Origin: a virus
Lineage: Duplodnaviria; Heunggongvirae; Uroviricota; Caudoviricetes
Strand: one strand, 5' to 3'
Virus record (IMG/VR): IMGVR_UViG_3300028833_000055
Location: 1-64,000 of that record
Length of the DNA: 64,000 nt
Position numbers and translations under genes: made by a program. Position 1 is the stretch's first letter; every line of letters begins with the position of its first letter. This document shows, piece by piece, positions 47,745-56,020 of this stretch. A model generated the notes under the pieces. The model ran no database searches. It saw nothing but the letters and a program-made list of their open reading frames with translations, and was not told where the DNA came from.

Positions 47745-48470
47745 ATGGGAATATTATTGAATCTGACAAAGGAATATTTCGGTGAAACGGAGAGGGAAGA
47801 GGACAAACTCCCTATGTTGGATGAACTGCCAGGTGGAGTGGAAATACACGATTTCACCGATATGAACGGGAAAAGACACAAGGAAGGATATTATATTCCC
47901 AGTGGGAAAAAAGTACATCTGGCCCGTCTGATTGGTTCTCTAATAGATTTGAGAGGTTTTGACTGCAACTTGAACGATATTGATGTATCAAATATCAAAG
48001 ATATGTCCGGATTATTTTCTCCATATGAAGACTTTCAAGGCGATGTGTCCGGTTGGAATACATCGAGTTGTACAAATATGAAAAGTTTGTTTAGTGGTTG
48101 TGTTCACTTTAACTGCAACTTGAACAAATGGAATGTATCAAAAGTAAAAAATTTCGAAAAAATGTTTTATCATTGCTACAATTTTAACGGAGATATAAGT
48201 GATTGGAAACTAAACACCAAAAAAGTACCCAAAGGTTCACCTTCATATAAACAATCAACCATAGTAACCGATAATATGTTTGAAGACTGTCATAGATTTA
48301 ATTGTGATATCAGTAAATGGGATGTTTCAAATATCATATCGGCATATCATATGATTGCTTGGTGTATTGATTTTCACCAAGATTTAAGTGGTTGGAATTT
48401 AGCTTATAAAAATGAAGAGATAGTCTACGCTTGTGTCAAAATGACGGATGACTTGATGCCCAAACATTAG
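47745..48470 (+). CDS. DUF285/BspA-like repeat protein, copy 7
   Basis: Shared leader; about 6 repeats. Confidence 0.85.
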   Translation: MGILLNLTKEYFGETEREEDKLPMLDELPGGVEIHDFTDMNGKRHKEGYYIPSGKKVHLARLIGSLIDLRGFDCNLNDIDVSNIKDMSGLFSPYEDFQGDVSGWNTSSCTNMKSLFSGCVHFNCNLNKWNVSKVKNFEKMFYHCYNFNGDISDWKLNTKKVPKGSPSYKQSTIVTDNMFEDCHRFNCDISKWDVSNIISAYHMIAWCIDFHQDLSGWNLAYKNEEIVYACVKMTDDLMPKH

Positions 48471-49090
48471 AATAGTCTCTTCTTTTCACACGGTTCAAGT
48501 GTTTCAAGAAAATCCACTATCGAATCAAACCTTTCAATCTTAACTTTCTTATCCTTCGTATAGACATATTCACCCGTATCCACACAAGGATACTGCTTCG
48601 TGTCCTTGTTGTATGAACGGTTTATCAGCACACATCTGTCTGCATTTATTTCCTGAAAATACTGTGGGTTGTCGTCCACCATCACATCGACATCGGGAAG
48701 ATTTTTCGCCCTTTTGGTGCAGAATGTAACCGAATCATAAGGTATTCTTGCATCTTCAAGCCACATAAGGGTATGCAGTTTGTTCTTATATGAAGGCTGG
48801 TATGTGATGATGTGTATGGAGTGTCCGTTCTCCATTGCCTTGGTAATCGCCCCTATCACATCCGGAAAAGTGTCCGAGAACCTGTTCACGGTCTCACCGT
48901 TCTGATGTGAAAAGAAGAACTCGTGGGCGGCCATTTTAAGTCTTTTCTCCACAAGTGGAAACGCTTCATTCACAGCATAGAATTTAACATCTTCGGTCTT
49001 CATATTTTCACCGAAACTCGTATTGTATATATTTACCATAGTGTTCACACTGTCTCGAAGAACACCGTCAATATCAACTGCTATTCTCAT
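48467..49090 (-). CDS. HAD-family 5'(3')-deoxyribonucleotidase
   Basis: IAVDIDGVL, IHIIT, K, VMVDDNP. Confidence 0.8.
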   Translation of the reverse strand: MRIAVDIDGVLRDSVNTMVNIYNTSFGENMKTEDVKFYAVNEAFPLVEKRLKMAAHEFFFSHQNGETVNRFSDTFPDVIGAITKAMENGHSIHIITYQPSYKNKLHTLMWLEDARIPYDSVTFCTKRAKNLPDVDVMVDDNPQYFQEINADRCVLINRSYNKDTKQYPCVDTGEYVYTKDKKVKIERFDSIVDFLETLEPCEKKRLF

Positions 49091-49091
49091 T

Positions 49092-49604
49092 TTACCAAGT
49101 TATTATAGGAATATTCAAATTCTTGTTCTCATTCTTAAAATCATACCATAGGAATGCTCCTATCTTGCCCGTTGCCGCAACAACACCACGCAAATACCTC
49201 AAACTCAATTGTTCGGTTTCATACTGCAAAGTGTACTTTATTATTGCAAAATTGTCATAACCATCCACTGGAACATCTTTGAAGTTTCTTTCGGTTTCCT
49301 TCAGTCTCTCTTCACGTTTTTTGTTCAGTTCGTGCGGCGTAAGGTCACAACCACCGACTTGTTCATATATATATCTCTTGTATGCAGCTCTATTGACAAG
49401 TATGTCGTAAGTAAGTACTCCCAATGGAGCATCCATAGTATCCATTATTTCGGCCAATTTCCTTCGTGTCTGCCTTAAAAAATAACAATAGTGTTTTTCA
49501 TTGACTTCGGAAATCATATATGCAGAATTGAATTGAAGCATCTGCTTCGCCATATCAAGAATCTCACATACAGTAAGATTGTCATACATATTATAATTAC
49601 TCAT
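49092..49604 (-). CDS. Hypothetical protein
   Basis: 170 aa ORF in the operon. Confidence 0.65.
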   Translation of the reverse strand: MSNYNMYDNLTVCEILDMAKQMLQFNSAYMISEVNEKHYCYFLRQTRRKLAEIMDTMDAPLGVLTYDILVNRAAYKRYIYEQVGGCDLTPHELNKKREERLKETERNFKDVPVDGYDNFAIIKYTLQYETEQLSLRYLRGVVAATGKIGAFLWYDFKNENKNLNIPIITW

Positions 49605-50187
49605 TCTTATCCTCCATTTCCTTTGTCATTTCAATAATATCCTTAATCATCTCATCCGTAACATAGATGTCGTTGACACCAACAATTTTATATTCCACAC
49701 CCGCTTCACTCGGAATCCACAAGCAAGATATGTCGTCAAAAATATCACTCCATACCTTTTCTCTAAAATACCAGTCACGATTTGATATACCCTCCGGTTT
49801 GTCGGTCTGGTCCTGATAGTGATAGTCAACCGCTATACCACGGTCGAACAACATCTCATAGTTATCACGACTCTGGTCGTAATATATTCCATAAAGTTTG
49901 TTCTTCCTTTCGAATATTGACACTCCAAATTCAAAATAGAAATCGTTGTATGGTCTTCTCAATTCATTACGAAGCAGCCTTTCAAAATCCCAACAGGAGA
50001 TTTTCTCATTTTCATTCTTCGCCTTGTTGTAGAGAAACGACATATGGATGAAATTCAAGGATTCCTTGTCTTGAAAGGTTTTCATCACATTTTTCTTAGC
50101 CTCTTCCTTCAAACCGTGAAGCTGTCTTATTACTTCACTGAGTTTATTCGACTTGAATTTAATTCCATTGTAAAGTTTCGTACTCAT
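49597..50187 (-). CDS. Hypothetical protein
   Basis: MSTKLYNG...DYHYQDQTDKPE...W..R..VW; follows the promoter motif at 50202-50226. Confidence 0.7.
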   Translation of the reverse strand: MSTKLYNGIKFKSNKLSEVIRQLHGLKEEAKKNVMKTFQDKESLNFIHMSFLYNKAKNENEKISCWDFERLLRNELRRPYNDFYFEFGVSIFERKNKLYGIYYDQSRDNYEMLFDRGIAVDYHYQDQTDKPEGISNRDWYFREKVWSDIFDDISCLWIPSEAGVEYKIVGVNDIYVTDEMIKDIIEMTKEMEDKNE

Positions 50188-50257
50188 AAATTTACATTTT
50201 ATTCAAATTAAATATAACAAAAAATACATAAATAAAATATATAATCCAATATTTTCT

Positions 50258-51115
50258 ATGAGTAAAGTAAGTACACTCGTTGATTGCAGTGAAGCGGAAG
50301 AAGTTGAATGCTTAAATGACTTTATCGAAAGTATTCAAGCCGAAATGTCTGTAAACTGTTCTCTTCCGTTCAGTATTCCGGCGGAATCAATAGCACAGTT
50401 GGCAAAAAACGCAAAGCAGTTATTCTACAAGATGTATGAGGATGCACACGAAGAAATGTTCATAGCAATCCCACACAAGGAGATTATGAAGAAACAGTTC
50501 GGTCACGGTGTTGCCCATATGGAAGGTGAAAGTGACAAGAAGGTTTTGAAAGACAGAAGAGGTACATATATGTTACCCGAAGGAGTGATTTCCGTCGTAG
50601 GAGTATACGAAATAGGCGGATGGTCCGGTGAAGCGGGCTGGAACTCGGGTCTTCTCGGTAAGACTTCCGGTGATATTTCCCTTCACAGGATGGTGTATCA
50701 GTCGGTATACGACAGGACGATGGCGATTTCTGCCGACAACACTATGTATTACATCTGTACGGAGGCTTTTCTCGATATGTCAAGACAGATATTCCAGAAT
50801 ATGATTTCGTTCAGATACAACCGTCTGACAAACAATTTGAGGTTTTTGGGTGAACTTCCGAAGGACGATGTTGTCATCGATGTTCTTGTCAGAGTTCCGG
50901 ATTGTGACCTGTATAACGATGAAATGTACCGTAGATATGTCATAGCGAGCTGCAAACAGCAACTCGGTAGAATACTCAACTCGTTCACATACAATCTTCC
51001 TGGTAATGTTTCCATAAACTCGGAAGCGATAGCGGACGAAGGAAAACAGGAGATGGAGAACATAATGCAGGAGTTGAGAGATATGTCTGGTGCTTGGTAT
51101 ATAATGACTACATAA
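50258..51115 (+). CDS. Neck protein, T4 gp13-like
   Basis: C-terminal RYVIASCKQQLG...LPGNVSIN..I..EG..E; CATAAATA at 50227. Confidence 0.75.
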   Translation: MSKVSTLVDCSEAEEVECLNDFIESIQAEMSVNCSLPFSIPAESIAQLAKNAKQLFYKMYEDAHEEMFIAIPHKEIMKKQFGHGVAHMEGESDKKVLKDRRGTYMLPEGVISVVGVYEIGGWSGEAGWNSGLLGKTSGDISLHRMVYQSVYDRTMAISADNTMYYICTEAFLDMSRQIFQNMISFRYNRLTNNLRFLGELPKDDVVIDVLVRVPDCDLYNDEMYRRYVIASCKQQLGRILNSFTYNLPGNVSINSEAIADEGKQEMENIMQELRDMSGAWYIMTT

Positions 51116-51131
51116 TAGTTGTTATCATAAC

Positions 51132-51159
51132 AAAAAAGAGAGTCGATTGACTCTCTTTT
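51132..51159. terminator. Bidirectional intrinsic terminator
   Basis: AAAAAAGAGAGTC-GATT-GACTCTCTTTT. Confidence 0.8.
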
Positions 51160-52072
51160 ATATTAAAGGATAATTTGTTTCCTCCTTTGGTTTGTTTTTC
51201 TTATTCTTGTAGTAGTGTTTTTCTTTTTTCATCTCTTTTCTTTTGAATTTCATTTCTTCAAAAGAAAAATCTTGTTCCTTCATATCGTCACCAAAAAGAT
51301 TTTCACCATATGTTTTTAATGACTCATTCTTTATTCTTCTTTCTGCAATCTTTTTATATTTTTCGGACAATTCAAATCCAATCCAATTACAACCGTATTT
51401 TTCAGCGGATATAGCAGTTGTACCACTACCTATGAACGGGTCTAATACAATTATATTTCCAAGTTCCTTTATCATTTCTTCTGTACCAAGAATACTTGGA
51501 ATAATCCTATCGACAAGTTCTATCGGAAAAGATGCCGGATGTTCATTTTTTATATCAATATTAACAGGCCATATTTCATTAAGTACACTAATTTTACCAC
51601 CGTTATTATATCTTTGACGACTAAATCTAACATTTTTGTTCCCCTTTGTCATCCAATAAATTAGTTCGGTATTTGGGAGATAGTGTGATAGATTTACATT
51701 AATAGAACGTTTTCTATCCCAAATTATAAGTTGTCTAAATACCAATTTACTTTTTAATAACCAAACAGAAGGAAGAATACCAATATTATTCCTTGAACGA
51801 ACTTTATGATTATAAAACAAACTACCACCCTCTTTTAATACACGATGAATTTCATTAAGTATCTCTATCTGCCACTGCTGATATTCACTTTCTTCTTTAT
51901 TGTCCGAATATGTATCATAATCAACTTTTGATGACCACATAGCAGTTTTACCCGATATTTTGTCTCCCATATTATATGGAGGCGAAGTGATAACCAAATC
52001 AATACTATTGTCATCAAGTTCTCTTAATCCATCAAGACAATCGCATAAGTGTATTTTATTTAGCTCCAACAT
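51158..52072 (-). CDS. DNA amino-methyltransferase, beta class (SPPY, probably N4-cytosine)
   Basis: ITSPPYN precedes HPASFP and VLDPFIGSGTT. Confidence 0.9.
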   Translation of the reverse strand: MLELNKIHLCDCLDGLRELDDNSIDLVITSPPYNMGDKISGKTAMWSSKVDYDTYSDNKEESEYQQWQIEILNEIHRVLKEGGSLFYNHKVRSRNNIGILPSVWLLKSKLVFRQLIIWDRKRSINVNLSHYLPNTELIYWMTKGNKNVRFSRQRYNNGGKISVLNEIWPVNIDIKNEHPASFPIELVDRIIPSILGTEEMIKELGNIIVLDPFIGSGTTAISAEKYGCNWIGFELSEKYKKIAERRIKNESLKTYGENLFGDDMKEQDFSFEEMKFKRKEMKKEKHYYKNKKNKPKEETNYPLI

Positions 52073-52110
52073 ATCTTATTTAATTTATAACATACTGTAT
52101 TAAATATAAC

Positions 52111-52141
52111 AAAAAAGGCGAACCATTGATTCGCCTTTTTT
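52111..52141 (-). terminator. Intrinsic terminator abutting a promoter motif
   Basis: AAAAAAGGCGAA/TTCGCCTTTTTT; its minus-strand U-tract runs into TTTTTTGTTATATTTA. Confidence 0.7.
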
Positions 52142-52158
52142 GAAAATTAACCATCTCA

Positions 52159-53961
52159 TTATTCTTTCAATGCAGAAACTTTTGTAATTATAACATCTTT
52201 TATTCCCACAACTTCTTTCAAAAGTGAAATTTCCTTTGGAAGGTCACCCGTCCTAACATCCTCATCCTTTTCATAAAAAATAAAAGCACAAATATCTTTA
52301 ATATGACGTGGACAAATTTCAACAAGTCTAGTTGGCGGGTTTGAGTTACCATAAAATGTCCAATATCCGTCACCAAATATGAATATTACTGCATCTTTAT
52401 CTTTTGATTTTATTCTATTTATTTCATTACCAACATCACTGAAATTCTCGATGCCACCACCAATATAACCTCTTTGACTATTAAAATATTCCAATGTATT
52501 TGCCAACACTTTTTCATAACCGTCTTCTTCTAACATCTTATGATTAATAATTCTCGGTAACGATAAATTATCACCAAATACATAGGTGCAGATGTCGGTA
52601 TATTCAAGTCTAAAACACAAATGTAATATTCTACCTAAAAATGCAACGATAAGACCAGGTTGTGAAGCGACAGAACCGGAATAGTCAACAAAGCAATAAA
52701 TTGATTGTGTTTCAGCACCGCCCTTTTCATATTTTTTAAAATATCTCACATCTCTTCTCCACAAATGATTCTTATCACCCAATCTTACTTTTTTTACCTT
52801 CTCGTCTTCAATCTCACCCTTGTGTATAGATTTATCTTTAAGTATTTTTTCCACAAGTTTTTCCCAATCATCATCTTCTATTTTAGCGGCTTTCAAAGAA
52901 TGATATAATATAGATGTTTTTAGTGATGAGTATCCTTTACATTTTTTATCCAGTTCAACCATCGCCTCCCTTCTTATGGAATCCAATTCTGAATCTGACG
53001 GTGGTTCTGCGGAAAGAGCACCTTCCACGGTTGATTCTTTCATTCTTTTTATTTCTTCAGGAGAAAGTTTTGCCGCTTCTATTTCTTTTTCAATTTCTTC
53101 TTTCGATGGTGCAGTTTCAAGTCTTCCAGCCAACGATTTTAATTTGTCAAATTTTTCCTTTTTTCTTGATTTATCACCGATAATTTCTTCTTCTTTCCTT
53201 TCTATATCATCAACAGTACTATTATCGTCTTTAAGTGCTTCAATAAGGTCTTTTAAATCTTCTTTTTCTATATCCGTTCTTTCTTTCAATTTTTCCAAAG
53301 CATCTCCGATGGAACGTTCAAGTTCACTTTTCTTTTTCTCACTATCGACATCATCTTCTCCACTACCCCATTCAGTTTCAGTATCTTCTTTTTTCATTTT
53401 TTTTCTTGATGATTTTTTTGATTCATCATCATCTGTTGAATCATCATCAATATCACTAGATTCGTCGTCTCCATCACCGTCACCAGAACCTTCTCCACCT
53501 TCCGAAGCACTACTAACACTTTTTTTTGATTTGTCTAAAAAGTCATCATAGTCATCACCGGTTTTATAGTCGGAATCACCATCATCTTCAATCTCATCTA
53601 GTGCTTCCGCCTCCAATTCGAGTCTTTTAATAAATTCATCCTCACCCCATTCAATTTCTTCACTTTCCCAATCTTTTTTTGCGTCTTTACTATCATCAAA
53701 AATTGGCAAACGTCTTCTTATGATAGGAGGAAGTGGTGGCTCTGGTGGTAAAATTCTTGGGTCTTCCGAATCTTCATCGGAATCATCATCACTCCCACCA
53801 TTATCCAAAAGTTGTGACTTAACATAATTCCTAACATAAATTATCGCTTGTTCTGCGGTTTCCATATCTTTGGAAATAGGAACATCAGAATAAGAGACTT
53901 CGGTCTCTTTTGATTCCTGTATAGAATTTAACAATACATCTAATTCTTCAAATATATTCAT
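52159..53961 (-). CDS. vWA-domain protein with long acidic linker
   Basis: MIDAS-like FVDYSGS and IFIFGDG; D/E/S/G-rich N-terminal half. Confidence 0.75.
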   Translation of the reverse strand: MNIFEELDVLLNSIQESKETEVSYSDVPISKDMETAEQAIIYVRNYVKSQLLDNGGSDDDSDEDSEDPRILPPEPPLPPIIRRRLPIFDDSKDAKKDWESEEIEWGEDEFIKRLELEAEALDEIEDDGDSDYKTGDDYDDFLDKSKKSVSSASEGGEGSGDGDGDDESSDIDDDSTDDDESKKSSRKKMKKEDTETEWGSGEDDVDSEKKKSELERSIGDALEKLKERTDIEKEDLKDLIEALKDDNSTVDDIERKEEEIIGDKSRKKEKFDKLKSLAGRLETAPSKEEIEKEIEAAKLSPEEIKRMKESTVEGALSAEPPSDSELDSIRREAMVELDKKCKGYSSLKTSILYHSLKAAKIEDDDWEKLVEKILKDKSIHKGEIEDEKVKKVRLGDKNHLWRRDVRYFKKYEKGGAETQSIYCFVDYSGSVASQPGLIVAFLGRILHLCFRLEYTDICTYVFGDNLSLPRIINHKMLEEDGYEKVLANTLEYFNSQRGYIGGGIENFSDVGNEINRIKSKDKDAVIFIFGDGYWTFYGNSNPPTRLVEICPRHIKDICAFIFYEKDEDVRTGDLPKEISLLKEVVGIKDVIITKVSALKE

Positions 53962-53988
53962 ATTAAAATATTTTTTATTTAATTATGT

Positions 53989-55860
53989 TTAATCTTCTGT
54001 CGGTAATTTGAATTCTCGTCTAAGACCTTTTTCACCTAATTCTTCATATATTTTGTATAATCTTTTATACTCTTCATAATATGCTTTTTTATACTCCTCT
54101 GAAGGTCTTACTTTCGCTTGTCTATGAAATTCTGTTCCGATTCTTCTTAAAGAAGAAAGTGCAATTTTAACAACACTTACATATTCTGTTTCCGTGTGTT
54201 CTTCTTTTAAAAAGTCAAACATATGTGTCGTATCCTCATAGAACGCATCAACCAAACCTGTAAAAAAACGGTCATCTCTGTCAATAAGTATCTTCTCTTC
54301 TCTCAATCTTTTCAAATTTTCAAAGAACGATTCTTTTAATTTTCCTATCACCACATAAATTTCAGTCAAATCACTTTCATTAATATCGTGTATTTCTTTT
54401 TCCAATAGAGGTTTTACCAAATCTGCATATTCATTACACAACTCAAATGACTTTTCATCCAACCTTTCGTGATAATAAATGGCCGCCATATCTTTTATTC
54501 TTAAATAGTAATTGTGAAGAATATGTTTTTTTCTTTTTTCTTCTCTAAGTTTTTCCGCTCTTTTTTTACGCCTCTCTTTCAATTCCTTCATCTTTCTCTC
54601 AAACTCTTCCTTTAACTTATCCTTTTTCAGATTATCGGCAATAAGTTTACTGATAGAATATATGATTTTTTCGGATATTTCATCCCTTTCGTCATAAGTT
54701 AATTTGGTTTCTCTATTCAAACGAACAACACCATCAACCAAAGTAGTCCAACATTCTTCATTGTCCTTTAAAAAGACATCTTCATCCAAAGTAAATTTCT
54801 CACTGATTTTTGTAACACATCTCTCCATTTCTTTTTTTAATGTGTCAACATCATCAATAAAACCATTAAGGTCACTACTTGTCATATTAACGGGACTTAC
54901 ATCAAGGTCATCTATAACTTTTTTCAAATACGGTCCAATTTCACCAATTTCTTTTATTCGTGTTTTTTGGAGCATTTTAAGTCTCTTTCTTATTGTCATT
55001 TTTGTTTTACTTTCACCAAAAAGTTTTTCAATAATGTCTCTAAGTTTTGTGGAGGCAATATCTTTATCTCTTTCTGTGGAATTTGGGTCACGAAGTACTT
55101 TTAATGCTTCAAAAATTGCCTTCAGCGCCTCTAAATATTCCGGTGGTAAAACTGTACCACCGTTAGATAAATATCTTTTTAATAGTTCATCACCATTTTC
55201 TCTATATATGTCCTCATACATTTTTCCAAAGTAATCTTTATCGAATACGCCTTTCATTTCTTTCCAGAAATCTGCTGTTACAACACCATCGGCAACCATA
55301 TTGCAGTTTACTTCCATATCTGCACATATATTTTGTTTGGTTATTTCCAACTCATATAATTCTTCACTTGTCATTTTCAATTTTCGTCTATCTTCCATAG
55401 GTAAAATTTTTAGACCTATTGATAAATGATTCAGAAAATTATGCATCAACTCGTGGAATAAAATACCAAAGATTTTTTTTACATCACAATCCAAATTATT
55501 GTATATAAAATGTACATTTAACCACAAATTACCAAGATTATCCACAGACATTGTTTTATGAAAACAATTTTTATCTTCGGGATTCGCTAAAACATACATT
55601 GGTCTACAATGTTGAATATATGAATACATAAAACTATACTTACTTCCAATTAGTCCAAGCGCTTTATCCACAGACTGTATTATCGTTTTTAATTCAACAT
55701 CAACAATTTTATCCAAAGACTCTACATACATTGGAATTTTACCAACCCTTAAAGTTGCCAATTTGTTTCCTGCCGATTTATCTGTTACCGATTCAATCAG
55801 TCTATATCCTTGCTTGTTTCTGATATTGTATCTATCATATATCAAATCATTATATACCAT
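53989..55860 (-). CDS. HExxH metallopeptidase-like protein (DUF2201 N-domain-like) with helical C-terminus
   Basis: TMSVD, GILFHELMHNFLNH, NICADMEVN. Confidence 0.75.
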   Translation of the reverse strand: MVYNDLIYDRYNIRNKQGYRLIESVTDKSAGNKLATLRVGKIPMYVESLDKIVDVELKTIIQSVDKALGLIGSKYSFMYSYIQHCRPMYVLANPEDKNCFHKTMSVDNLGNLWLNVHFIYNNLDCDVKKIFGILFHELMHNFLNHLSIGLKILPMEDRRKLKMTSEELYELEITKQNICADMEVNCNMVADGVVTADFWKEMKGVFDKDYFGKMYEDIYRENGDELLKRYLSNGGTVLPPEYLEALKAIFEALKVLRDPNSTERDKDIASTKLRDIIEKLFGESKTKMTIRKRLKMLQKTRIKEIGEIGPYLKKVIDDLDVSPVNMTSSDLNGFIDDVDTLKKEMERCVTKISEKFTLDEDVFLKDNEECWTTLVDGVVRLNRETKLTYDERDEISEKIIYSISKLIADNLKKDKLKEEFERKMKELKERRKKRAEKLREEKRKKHILHNYYLRIKDMAAIYYHERLDEKSFELCNEYADLVKPLLEKEIHDINESDLTEIYVVIGKLKESFFENLKRLREEKILIDRDDRFFTGLVDAFYEDTTHMFDFLKEEHTETEYVSVVKIALSSLRRIGTEFHRQAKVRPSEEYKKAYYEEYKRLYKIYEELGEKGLRREFKLPTED

Positions 55861-55978
55861 AAGATATTATTTTATATATATTTATTTGGGATTATCTACT
55901 TTTTGTTATTATACTGCAAAGATACTATTTTTTTGGAATTTTTGCAAGTTTAAGTAGATAATTCCATATTTATTTATG

Positions 55979-56014
55979 AAAAAAAAAAGTGTCAGATTAC
56001 TGACACTTTTTTTT
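55979..56014. terminator. Intrinsic terminator
   Basis: A-tract-GTGTCAG/CTGACAC-T-tract. Confidence 0.75.
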
Positions 56015-56020
56015 CATTTT

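Noticed and set aside
44155-48470. CRISPR array or diversity-generating retroelement
   Set aside because: The repeats are degenerate protein-coding units. There is no identical repeat-spacer pattern, no reverse transcriptase, and no adenine-specific TR/VR pair visible.
52976-53551. Ser/Phe-rich plus-strand ORFs here and opposite many other genes
   Set aside because: They are antisense shadows of Glu/Asp/Lys-rich minus-strand genes.
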